Of a stretch of 64,000 bases of DNA, positions 33,410-46,128 are shown one piece after another. The stretch spans positions 37,696,001 to 37,760,000 of the forward strand of contig OZ365109.1 of the NCBI GenBank assembly GCA_977030845.1, given 5' to 3'. The position numbers were made by a program, and so were the translations under genes. The DNA comes from Fimbriosthenelais zetlandica. Its lineage: Eukaryota. Within the stretch, counting starts at the first letter, position 1, and each line of letters starts with the position of its first letter. The notes under the pieces were generated by a model. That model was given only the letters and a program-made list of their open reading frames with translations. It made no database searches and was not told the origin of the DNA.

Positions 33410-34246
33410 AACGAAGCTGGGATAAATATTATAAATTTTTATAATGCTTTATACAATTTTATGTAGGCCTGCCATAAGATTTCACGACATCACATCATAT
33501 AGGGAGTAAAAATATGTTGGACAGTTCGGGAATAAAACCACCAACCTTATTGTCGAAGTTGTTTATATTTTTTAAGTTTGACGTGGCTATCTGCTGTCAT
33601 GATGATTCAGCAAACATAATTCTAATAATACACTCGAAACACAATATATTGTATATTTATGATCTATAGTTGCTGTAATATCTTTGGAAACTAAAATGCC
33701 CCCAGGCAATTCCACTTAGGGGATCTCACACCTTTCTTCTCTCTCAAGTCAATTCCTTGAAATCTTTGACAAATCCGGTTATGCAACTTCCTGTGATCAT
33801 AAATGGGATAAGTTGTCTGTGCCCGAAACATTTCCTCTGGTCTCTAGTATATTTGATCATGGAGGTCTACTTATGTCAATGCCTGAGGACATCTTAGGCC
33901 TTAATGTTGTTATATGTATGGCTTATGATCTTGCTCCTGCCCCCTGCATTTCCTGAGACGGGAAGCATTGGCCTTTCATGGGGAATGTCCTCTCATACAT
34001 AACATCACTGTGCAACCATGACTGTTCTGCCACATTTCACTTAAATTCTTCAAATATCAATATAGAGTTCTAAAGACTATACTATTATAATATGTTAAAA
34101 TGATTATTGTTTACTCGTGTAAAGAGTTGAATGCATTGGTCAGGAACTTCAATTTTATTACCAGACACTCACATTCTTAAGAATTGCAGAAAATCAGGAG
34201 CTTGTGGCTGCTGTTGTTACATCAATGTAGATTCATTACAGAGTTA

Positions 34247-34457
34247 TGTCTAGAATACACTAATCCGATACTCCAATCCGTCGCCATCCGAACCTCCACT
34301 TCTAAAGGCATCTAATGATTGAAATTTTGTCAGAGGTTAGCCTTACCTAGGTGTAATTGTCTGCTCAAATTACAAGCATTTAGTGTGAATAGAAATATAG
34401 TTTCGGACAGCTTTCGGATGGATCCGGATGGAGAATCGGATCAGTGTATTCCAGGCT
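34247..34457. mobile_element. Harbinger-type MITE
   Basis: Imperfect TIR ..GAATACACT.ATCCGAT.CTCCA, TSD TTA (34244-46, 34458-60). Confidence 0.7.
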
Positions 34458-35548
34458 TTAATCTTTCTGTGTAGTAATTATTTTCAAACGGTTCATCGGG
34501 AATATGGAATGGATGAAACCTAAAAACAATCACGTAATGCCAGCTGCCAGAAAATGTGATAGATCTGTGCGAGGAAGGGATTGTAATGCCATGTCGACAA
34601 GTGTCAAGGTTGCAATCTTAAAGGGATATTTGTAGAACACTCAAAGCCACGAGCTTAACACCAGTTTTTCACTGTCTTCACAAGCTATCCAACAGTTCAT
34701 CCATCACTAACACTAATCCATCCTGAGTGCCTACTCCATTCCTGTACAGTATAGATACCAGGGAATGGTATAGGTCCATGTCCTTATATAACGTGGACTT
34801 GTTTATATGCAAGGAGAGACGTTTTACTTGGCATTATATCACATTTCTCTGTGGAATGACATAGGACAAGTTCAGCCATTAACCTCAGTGCCCTTTTCAG
34901 TACTTATTGCATGTCGTACTAGTGTTCACCTATAACAGTCTACATTCTCTCTCATGATTGAAAACATAAGGTTAGAACAAGGACCATTTCCACCTGCCTG
35001 TTATGTTGTTTCGCTGCTGAGTTTTCACATTGAGTTGATAGTAAAATGTCCTGGTTAAATCTATATCTGTAACATCTATCGAAGTCAATTGCTGAACACT
35101 GTTTTTGAGTGTTGATCGAGACGCAACTGTTTTAATTTGTTTACGACTTCATAGACTGGAAGTTTGTTACAAACTTTGTGCCGTCAACATGTTTGTCTGG
35201 CTTGGATTAATAGACCATGGACTTTCTTTCTGGGAGTGGCTTCATATTATCTTCTGCCCATTTAAAAGAGAAGATAATGACTTGATATAAGGTGATTCCT
35301 CATCAGCAAGGAATAAGGCTGATAGTGAGAATTGAATTTAATTTGTACTCAATCACAAGGAAGTTGAAGGTGAGAACCTAAGCCTGTTGAGCTTAGCATT
35401 AAGTGGTAAATTGATTAAGATATAATGATCGACTATATAATTAACAGAGCTTAAATTATATTGAACTTATAATGATGGTTTATGATATATAATGGGTTTA
35501 ACTGTCCAAGAATATGTTGGATAGTACCCCATGCACCTGAGGTGTAGT

Positions 35549-35939
35549 CCCGGGGGGCACTCAGAATTAAATTTGGTACCTATACTCGTTCCCAATTTAT
35601 TAAGAGAACAGGAAGAGATTAAGAGAACAGGAAATTTCTAAAAAAAAATAAAAAAATTGATAGGTGTATAGCTCTTTGTGGCTTGTATGATGCATTTTTA
35701 TTTCACAGTGCATACTTTTCATTGTGTTATTCGAGCATATTTCATATAGTTGGCACGAACGATGGTATGTTCTCCTTGATTTATTTGAAAAAGGGGTGCT
35801 TTTGGACGGGTAAAATTTCCTTGTTTTGGAAGAAAAAGTGTAGTTTTTTTTAGGTTAAAATCTTTGAAGAGGGTTGGATTTTGAAAGTAGGGAACGAGCA
35901 TAGACCTGTACCCACTTTAATTCAGAGTGCTCCCCGGGG
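35549..35939. mobile_element. EnSpm/CACTA-like non-autonomous element
   Basis: CCCGGGGGGCACTCAGAATTAAA...CTCGTTCCC / GGGAACGAG...TTTAATTCAGAGTGCTCCCCGGGG inverted ends; possible 2-bp TSD GT. Confidence 0.6.
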
Positions 35940-36533
35940 GTATAGTAGTTACTGACCTATTGTTTTTCTTTTAGGCACAAATATTGAAACGAATGAAATA
36001 AGTATTATGAAATGTACTGTACATACGTGTAGATTGTATTACTCAGAGACAAGTTGCATGATTGTGAGTATCTCAGTTGAACAAACTTTCGCATGTCTGA
36101 TTTGCATGCCAAGTCTCTGATGCGTTTTAATTTCTATTAAATCCTCTGTTTGTATACATACACAAAGGTTTTCCATCAAAACAAAGAGCATTTTTAAGAG
36201 AGGAGGGCATTAACTACTCCCAGAGCTAACAGTTCTAACACGAACATCGATTAAAGGTCCTCTACTAATGAATATTCATGAGCTGATTATGCTTTAGTCT
36301 AGTTTCGGAAGTTTTTTCTTGTGGGGGAATGGCTTATATATGTGACTGGTCATAGTAATCAAGATTATGTTGCCAGCTTACATTGTTATCGGGTTAGCCA
36401 GTTTTTCATATATACTTGTATGCACGACATCTATACTGTATTAAGAGGTAAGAAAAACCACAGCTTTTTCATTAGACATTCCTCTTGAAACATATCTATC
36501 TTTAATTTCAACGCGGACAGTTTTTCCTCATAA

Positions 36534-36962
36534 GGCCTGGCTCCACTTGGCGACAAAATCGGCCAGCGACTAATTGACAAAATTGTTCAATTTATTATCA
36601 AGTTGTCGCTGACATTTGGAGTCCATTGTCGCTCGGGAAATTGGGTCAAAAGTGGAACCTATTTGATCTGTGTGAATATAGGCTCTTTGGATTACACAGG
36701 GCGACAAAAGCCACCAACAGCAGGGGCCCATTGTACTAAGCCAACGACCCCTCGTAGAAGCATTTCCATTGTACCATCGTTGATAATCTTAGCTGTCAAC
36801 AATAAGCATTTTCAACGATGGTACAATGGAAATGCTTCTATGAGGGGTCGTTGGGCCACGTGAGTTTTGTACAATGGGCCCCAGGCCTGTCACTCGACGA
36901 CCAAAAAAGGTTCCAACAGACCCTTTGCCACTGGATTTTGTCGCCTTGTGTTGCCAGGTCAG
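36534..36962. mobile_element. Harbinger-type MITE containing a nested family A MITE (36724-36881, TSD CAG)
   Basis: Outer GGCCTGG..CCAC..GGCGACAAAATC / GATTTTGTCGCC..GTG..CCAGGTC; inner GGGCCCATTGTAC TIR. Confidence 0.7.
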
Positions 36963-39460
36963 GCCATAATATTATACATCAATACTGTAGTATAGATGAA
37001 CTATAGCTTTTTAATTTGTCATTCTCCTTGTAAGTGACATGTCTTCAGTATCCCTGAGCTGACAGATTTGTGTCTATATCTCCACCTATCCATGCATTAA
37101 CGATTTCGATAATGTAGTTTGATTGAGGCCACAGGCCTACATAACAAAGACCCTGGCATGTAATTATGATAATGAAGCTTGAGAGCTTTGATCCATAATC
37201 TTAGCAACAAGTACAATACTCCAGTTATACTTGACCCAACCTATAGCTTTGAGAGGCCTCTTTGACTCGAAATATAGGATTTGTAAAGAGTGATTACCAT
37301 GCAGATAAGAGGAATGCCATTCTACTCTTTCCTAGATACAGATTAATAGTATAATGTAAACAAGAGATTAAGTACGGTAACCCATGCTTATTTCTTGATA
37401 TCTTGATATAATATCAGTTGAAAGAACAATGAACTGCGGTATTCCTCATTTGCTGATAGTGATAAGACTGTAATAAATTATAATCAATGGTTTTACTTTT
37501 ATATACACATTGATCACACTTCAGTACGATGGCTCCCTTACTTTGAATAACATGTACATTACATTTATGTACATTATTATTTGCATTTTTTTTTAATCAT
37601 TTGCAATTTCATTTATGTGCATTATGATGTACAACTTCAAAGCTTTTTATATTGTACTGTATATTTTCAAAGCTAGACTGACCCTGTTTCAAAAGGAATA
37701 TACTTATTAAGTCATAGAATCCTGTTAATAGTTTTATGTCATCACTATTAATATGTGTACAACCCCTGCTCCTCCCTACTCATAATTATCTCCTGTATAG
37801 ATACATACATGTATAGCCTTGTAGGTCATGATTCATCAGTCAAGTTGCGAAGGGAGGGACCCAAAGCTAGTGCTAGATAACTTTATTAATTGTTCTTTTA
37901 AACAAAAATAAAAGAAGAATCAAGGACTTGCCCAAGTCTATGCAGAAGCATGCCCTGTCAATTCAAAGTTTGCCAACGCTTAAATATTGTAGTTAAATTG
38001 ACAAGCTGTGTTTTATCACATGATAAAAACGAATCTATAGACGAGTATTTCCTCAGGTGGTGTCTGAATCCACAAATGCTTTGATTCTTTCATTTGGAAT
38101 AAAGATCAATGAGTCCCCCAAATAGATGTGATAAGGATCAATGTTTCTATCCCAAAAAATGGATTTCAAGCCTGACAAAACATGCTATTGCATAGGCCTA
38201 CTTATAATTCTGAATCAATAATTACATCAGCATGATTGTATTATACCATTAGTTTTTGATTCAGTCTATAAGATGATCAAGCTAGCATTAAGTAACATTG
38301 AGTCTATGGGCTATTAATGCCTCACAAACAGGAAAAAAAATGAAAATCAATGACTTGCAAGAAATCTGGCATAACAAATTGCTTGACAATGGAGATATTG
38401 ATACATGTACACTTTCTTGTTGGTAGATTTCCTATTCTATACGTAAGTTACTAAAAGTATATTACAATGGGATGTGGTGGTCCCTTTATTAGGCCTACGA
38501 TCCTTGTACATAAAAGGCCACTGAACACACTTTTTATAACCTTTTGTAGCTTCATATGGGGGTGTCCTAGTTCTGTGATGATGGAAAACTTCGCCCATTT
38601 AGGCATGGGGTGCATTCCGTGCATCTTTAGTGCGGAAATTACAGTTGGTCCCCACTTGTTCAACAATTAACTCCATTTCCCTTCTGCCATTCATTGACCT
38701 TTACCCCAGTTCTATATTACATGTATATGAGGGCAACTATTTAATGGGATATGATTCTGTGAAGCTGCAAAATGATATTATTATCATTTATTGCTAACTA
38801 CACACTACAGACTGTGTCACCAAAGTCGTTTACATTTAGATTGCTTGGATATATGAAAGCAGGGTCACAATAATGTGCTTTTGGTCGCTGGCCCAGAATT
38901 GGATTGAGTCGCTTTATTGTTATATTGTGGCCTGCTGATCGCTTTCTGCAATATGCGCCCCCCGTTGTCATTGGCAATTTACTTATTTTCCAATTTGTGA
39001 CCATGTAAATGTTCCTAGGTCACTCGCCAACAACTTGAACATACTATTTGATGTGATGTGGCGAATAAGGGAATGAAAGATGTTGTTTGCACCAAGCAAC
39101 CTGAGGAGAAAACTGGGCCTTTTACAGATTCGTGCATATTTGTAAGCCACATTGACGATTATTGCGTTCCTCCAATCATCAAAATAGTAAACAACAATCT
39201 GATTCTGCTTATACAAAGCAATCTAAGCCAACCAGCAATCTGACCGTAATGAAGTGACAGGCATAAATCCCTGCTGAACTGGAATATATGGTCAATTTAT
39301 TGCGGCTTGCAGCATTCTGATAAGAAATCTGGCCATTCTTGAAGTGGCTTGCAGTAAACTCTCCCAAACATTCAGGAATATGGCGAATCTGAAGTGGCTC
39401 GCAGGAATTTTAGCCAAACATGCATGCATGCCATTCTTGAATACATTGCAATATTGAACA

Positions 39461-39544
39461 GCAATCAGAACATTCTCAGACGCAATCAGAACATTCTCAG
39501 ACGCAATCAGAACATTCTCAGACGCAATCAGAACAATCTCAGAC
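39461..39544. repeat. 21-bp tandem repeat x4 (GCAATCAGAACATTCTCAGAC)
   Basis: Head-to-tail copies, one with a single change. Confidence 0.9.
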
Positions 39545-39784
39545 GCAATGAGCAACCAGCACTTTCAGCTGAACATCAGCAATCAAGAAATTCACCTGGC
39601 AGTCAAATCCTTCCCTGAATGTCTTGTGTCACTTTTGAGCTGAAGAAACAAGTTCAGATAGTACATGTGTGATTAGTTAGAACTACATGACATAGTAGGT
39701 CTTCTGTCATGCATAAGCTCTGTAACTAAAGAAGTTTTCATGGAGAAGTTGTTCATCTAAACTTTGGGGAAAAATATAAAAGAA

Positions 39785-39785
39785 A

Positions 39786-39851
<66 letters not shown>

Positions 39852-39925
39852 GAGAGTTGGGAGGCAGTGACAATGTTGTTAAGAGAGAGAGAGAGAGAGA
39901 GAGAGAGTGAGAGAGTTGGGAGGCA
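39785..39925. repeat. (GA)n microsatellite with duplicated flanking unit
   Basis: Long GA run followed by gtgagagagttgggaggcagtgacaatgttgtt, twice. Confidence 0.9.
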
Positions 39926-40366
39926 GTGACAATGTTGTTAAAACTATAATGTCGTGAGAGCCCACCATCCAGGAACATTCAATAACGAAAGTGATAAATC
40001 ATGAGAAGATTCCAATGTATGTTTCTGTTAGAACTCCCTGAAAGGAACTGCAGCTTTTAAGAAGTGCTCGCTACTACAGATACCGAATTGCAATAAGCGC
40101 AGACAACAGACTTCACTGCACCGAGATGTACACATATTTGGTGGGTATCTGCTGCAGTCTCACTCTATATACAAAGCGTCAGACATATACTGCAGTGGAT
40201 CATGAAAATAGGTAGGGTGGGAAAGGGGAGAGAGGGTATTGGTTTCTGCTAGCATGCCGGGGGATAGGAAATAATAAAGAGACACCTTTGTTTGCTCGCG
40301 TGTAACAAGACAAGGAGGTAAGCTTTGGTGGACCAGACAAATCCATCATGCTGCCTGCAGGCTGGT

Positions 40367-40415
40367 CCAGTTCTTGCCTCAGTTCTTGCCCCAGTTCTTG
40401 CCCCAGACTTGCCCC
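40367..40415. repeat. 12-bp tandem repeat (CAGTTCTTGCCC) x4
   Basis: Directly visible copies with minor changes. Confidence 0.8.
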
Positions 40416-42051
40416 TTAGAGGGTCTATAGGTGGCGCTCCTAGCATACACTGTCACTCCACCACCACAACTACACCCTGACACAGGCATCACGTTCAATT
40501 AACATCTGTCTTTCAGCTTTTTATAAATTTCCAGAGTGCATTATATTGCTGTCTAATGCTTAATCTAGACAAATGAGGACATGGATGGATATTTTGTTTA
40601 ACATTCTGTTTCTCAGTTCGTAAAGGAAACATGCTGTCAGCATACAATGATCTGCTCTTATTGAACGACAGCAGCAGTGAAGGATTGTGAAGAAAATGTA
40701 GCACTATATGCACAAGTCTGTTCCTTATAAGTTTTAAAACCCCATCCACTTTGAGAGACAATGATGACTATCTGTCATTTTTAATTACAAGGATTCTTTC
40801 TGCCAAAAATAAAATCTCAAAGTAATTACTCCAACTTTGCAGCACCATTTAAAATGGGCGATCTATTGGCACTGGCTGAGACTAATGATTTTGACACCTA
40901 CAACCAGCTTTTCCGCCATTCCTGTGTAGTGAATCATTCCCGTCACATAAAAGGATTACTGAGCCAAACTGAGCAGACCCGTTGACATCTCACTTGATCT
41001 TCACAAAAGGGACGAGGCGCGTGATGCTCCATTGTTGAGCGATGTCATTACAAAGGTTACTCTCTCTCTCTCTTAGCAAACATTTTTTTTGTAGATCGAT
41101 TTTTCCCAGCACATTATGCTTTTGTGTTCAGTTTCACGGATACGATTGGAGGGTGACAGATGTAAATTTTTCATTGAAACCAGATTCTTGGATTGCGAGG
41201 GTCAAGTATTCTATGATAATTATAAAAACCTGATAACATGCAGAGGCGTTCATGTGACATTCCTGCTGCATGAATCCATACTGGAATCTGATAAGACATT
41301 ATGCATGGTATTCCAAATGAGAATATTTCGATATCTCCTCAACATGGAATCGTAAACCTTTTTTGAATTTGTACATTATGTATAGCTCCTTAACAAATAA
41401 TGAAAATCTTCTCTGATTACAAGAAAACTTTGTGTATGAATAATTCTAGAGTCTTTGTATTTCGCTTTCTCTTAAGTCCAATGTATTCATGCAGATTAAA
41501 TCTATTTAGTTTCCCGATCTCTGCTTTGGGGAATCAGGTAATTATGTTTCCTTCCAAGTTCCCAATTCCTTAATGTATGGTGGTTTTTCTTTAAATGTAT
41601 ATGCAAAACCATTAGTCGGTAGTAACAACCCTCTCGTTTGCCGACTCATGCTTTCCTGTGACATACTTGATTGCAAAGCAAATGGGGTACACCCATTTGC
41701 ATTCACAAGACCATGCATTTTAACAAAGAATTTTAGCAATGCTAAGTGTACCAGGGTGTTGTAGAAGTAAATCGTTAATGGCGAGGGTCGGCGAGGGTAC
41801 CCTCGTCGAGCGATTGTATTGTACATGCAATATGTTTGAGGAAAACAGTGCTTGGACAATGCAATTACAAGCAATTGTCCAAGCAATTTCCAAAAGCAGT
41901 ACTTGAACAAAGCAAACGCTCGACGAGGGTGCTCTCGACAAGCGAGGTTCCTTGTACAACAGGGGGTATGGCTAATATTTGTTTTGAAACAGGGTCCAGA
42001 GTTGTAACGTTAGTCCTGTTTTTCTTTGATATTGTCTAAACTTTATTCCAG

Positions 42052-43249
42052 GCATATGGAGGAACGCTGTTGTCAGCCAGACGCGACCACGCCTACCACC
42101 ACAGGCGATCCTCTAGAAGCCACTCCCACCAACCTCCGATTGCCTCTGTAGCTCCACCCCTTGGAAGAAACAAGTTAACAGCGAGTGGAGAGGTACACAG
42201 TAGTAGTGCCGGTTACGCCAATATAACCACACTCCAACAACACCGCCACGTGCTTCCCAGATTCAGACATCAACCAGTAGGCGGGAGTGAGAGAGGTGGA
42301 GGAAGAGTAGGACTAGGAGACAGCAGTGGCAGGCTTTCCTACCAGACCACCACCACCGCCACCACCACCACCGCCGCTACCACAGGAAGAGGAGTGGGAA
42401 CTGGAAGAATTAAAGGAAACGGAGGAGAATCAAGATCAAGAAGCAAGGAAAGCTCAGGAGGTAGAGAGATTGAAGTGCCTCTAACATCTGAAACCTACTC
42501 ATTTGATCATGAGGATGCACAAACAGTTCAAGGTGACACTGGTGCCTTTCCAAGAAGCCAAACACCACCAAATTCCACCTTCAAAGAAAAGTTGGCTTCC
42601 ACTTTCATTTTAGGTAATAATTACAATTCCAGCAGCGTAGAAAGATTTGAGGCGAGGGTTGTTCCAATCCAAAGCAGGCAAGATAAACTGGTGGTTGGAG
42701 CTGACTTTAGCTGGAAAAATAAGTCAGAGGACAAGTCGGTAAGATCTGGGCTGAAGCACCCTCTTCCTGAACCAGATCGGGTGGGTGGTGAAAGGTTGGT
42801 TGATAACAATACTAACACTGACTCTAGCACGCCTAATAAAACTCCAAAAGTATCCATTAAAAACCTCTCAAGATACCAAGCCAATAAAAGAACAAGAAGT
42901 TTACATGACCAATCCAAAGCGTTTTTCCATTTGAGAGAAGCCAGCAAGAAGGAACATTTTTCAAGTCCGAACATTTCCCTCGGACCCCAACCATACGGAA
43001 TTGGAACTCCCTTGAATACTTCTGCCCCCAGAGAACTAGATTCGGGTGAGATAGTGGGAGAGGTGAGTGGAACGGAGAAGGAGGAGGAGAGCAGTAGCCT
43101 CTTTGGAGGGAATTACGGGGAGTACGAAGCTTTCAATTCAACCATCATCAACATTATGGCAAACCCCAGACCGACAGAAAGTCCGGCTGTCGTCCTGGCT
43201 CGACTTGCTTGTGAGAAGAGAATGAATACTGCTCCATACCCAACTGATG
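42052..43249 (+). CDS. Large low-complexity host exon (399 codons), unidentified protein
   Basis: ctttattccag| phase 0 to GAT G|gtaagc phase 1; stop-free, purine-rich, Ser/Thr/Gly-rich; ends ...VLARLACEKRMNTAPYPTD. Confidence 0.8.
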
Positions 43250-45806
43250 GTAAGCTAGCATTCATTTATAAGTATATTTATGAATATACAAATTACTTGT
43301 ATATATATTTGAATATGGTTTTCCATATATACAATTTTGATTTGTTTTTCTGTAGGGTATATTGCCTTTCAGGTAGAACATGCATGCATATCTCATTTGA
43401 TAAGCATTTTGAATGCTTATTGTTTAAAAAAAAAAATAACGTGGATCAGCACAATGATATTTACTGTTCAGTTGTTCAGTTATACAGTGCTATTTCATCA
43501 ACTAGTCTACACATGTTCTTTGCATTGTCTGCTGGCAGTGCATGGTTAGGACAATTGGGATCTATTATAAAGAAAGCCTACATTAAAAATAATCAAATTT
43601 ATATTTTCACCGCTTATTCAGCCTCTAACTCAAAAGGAAGTCTACATGTTCATAACCAAAACTATTTTTCGTAGAGATAGAGGAAACTTAACTTATCTTC
43701 TGTTGCTTTGCACAAAGGAACACTTGATACTTCTTTTTTGGTAAGAATGTCACTGGAGGAAGGGGATATACCTTTCAGGGATGAAAAGCAGTATTATTAT
43801 AAAAAGAAAAATCTTAGTCAAACAGACAAAACCCACGTGTGCGTGGGAAAGTTCTGAATACCTGCAGGCGTTTAATTCCCTTCTAAGATTAGGAAAAACG
43901 TATAATTCATCAACTCGTGCTGAGTAGGATTATCTAAAAACAACATTAGGCAAAACATTATTAATGAATAAGCAGTTCTGAACCTTAAAAAGCTTATATC
44001 TGATATGTAGGCCTAGTATTATATGCATGTGCATACCTCTCTCAGTTTCATTAATTAAAAGCACTATATAATATTATATATGCAGTGAAAATTTGATTCT
44101 ACCATTAATAATTACCAAACTAGGGTAACGCTCACAGTAAGTTCTGTTGATGTCCACAAGAGACATCATTATACGCTTCGAACTATGACAATAGCTGCTT
44201 ATATATAGTTATAGACTCGTTGATAAACGTCATCATCTCCTCCTTCTAAAGTTTCCATAGTGGCGACTGGTGGAAACAATATTATAATGTTTATTATTTG
44301 GACAATGCTCATTGCCTGGCAATGGTGGATAATGGGATAATTATGGAATACTATAAGTTCTGATGGTAATATATTATGTGATTCTGAACATTCTCACCAT
44401 TGATCAAAGCTGCAATCATATAATATTACCATGTTCCCTATAATGACACATGTAAGAGTGCTATATATAAATGTGGTATAATAATAATATTAGGTCATGA
44501 CGCATTTATTTTCTTCCCATCTCTTCTCTCCGACTATCTCCCCGCCAAAAAACAGTATGGAAATAACCCAGGATAATTTTCTTTTATGAGCCAAATAATT
44601 AAATCAAATAACTATGAATTATAGATTAATGCCAGAAACCAGAAACATCATATTAGAGAATAATTTGACTAATTCAAATTAATTATGAGCGCCATATTTT
44701 CTTTGAGGGTGGTAATAATTCCTAATTGAAATTCAAACTGGATTTTGTGCACCCAGTGAGGTCAAATTCACTCTTTTAGAAAACCCGATCAATTTTATCG
44801 ATTTTAGAGCAATGTTCAGCATTCTTAAGAATCCAAGTTTATGACGGGAGATTAGGCATCCGTGAAATCAGAGCAGCGCTTCTCACATGGTCGTGAAATT
44901 AAAAACAATACAAAATTAAAAACCATATAAAGAACAAGTAACTGTCAACAAGAATGGTCGTGAACGTTGGTGAATCTTGGGTTATCAGTATCAATAACAG
45001 AAAACGCCACAAGGCGGCGACTCCAGTGTCAGCATCGAGGTATGGTGTTGTCTTCATCCGGGCAGCTTCATTTACACATTACCCTGTGCAAAAAACCATG
45101 GCAACAACAGATGGGGGCCTGAGGACAAAAGGTTCAAGCCCATCCCTCAAAGCAAACCCACAGCCACCTTCTTAATGGAAGCAACTCCTATTTTATCTCA
45201 TGATTATGGAATTGAACGCTCGTAATTAGTTATCAATTTTACAGGGAAGGATGCACTGCGGCTAGAAGCAGCTTCTCTAAATGAGTTGAAAGGCTTTTAT
45301 CCCGTGATTTATATGGGGATAACTCCGAAAATAAATATCGACTAGAAGACATGGAAATGGATGGGGTGTCGTCAGTTCTCAATTGATGTGGAAAACTTTT
45401 GGTGTGGGGAGAAAGTATTATCACAATTCATTAGGAAATAAAGTGGCCGGAGTTGGCTGTCCTTCAATATTAAATTTTTATTTTAGTGTGTGAAATTTTG
45501 GCATGTCATTCATTATGAAGGCCACCTCTCATTCAATATCCATAATTGTACTGGTTTCAGTGCGGTTCCCTGCAGATTTGATTAACATAAGGTTGCAAAT
45601 TGGGTCCAATCTGTAGCAGACTGGGTCCTATCCACTTAGATTAGATGTCATATCTCTCAGATCTGTAGATTGGCTCCATGAAGGGTTCAGTCTTTAATTT
45701 TGGTGCAGACTGTAAGAAACCAAGACCTTCCTTCTCTGACTGTCTGCTTTCCCGTTCCCTATTTCTAAATATATAGATCATCTGTCCCAATTAACTTAGT
45801 TCAACA

Positions 45807-46128
45807 TTTTTGTACAAGTAAATCTTCACGAGGTCGAGGGTTGCTTGTTATTGCATTGTCCAAGCACTGGGCCGCATTGTACTAAGACAACGAGGCCCAG
45901 CGACCCCTCGTAGAAGCATTTCCATTGTATACCATCGTTGACAATCTTAGCTGTCAACAAAAAACATTGTCAACGATGGTACAATGGAAATGCTTATACG
46001 AGGGGTCGTTGGGCCTCGTTGTCTTAGTACAATGCGGCCCTGGTTTGTCAAAAACGTTGCTTGTACAATGCAATCACTCGACGAGGGTATACCCTTGCCC
46101 CCATCAAGATTTATTTGTACAACACCCT
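45807..46128. mobile_element. Family B MITE with nested family A MITE (45870-46039, TSD CTG)
   Basis: Inner near-perfect hairpin GGCCGCATTGTACTAAGACAACGAGGCCC / GGGCCTCGTTGTCTTAGTACAATGCGGCC flanked by CTG on both sides. Confidence 0.8.

Noticed and set aside
39461-39544. CRISPR-like array
   Set aside because: Head-to-tail repeats without spacers, in eukaryotic DNA.
43250-43674. C-terminal 140 aa of the ORF-track 534-aa protein
   Set aside because: It follows a consensus donor and switches to AT-rich intron-like composition; probably intron read-through.
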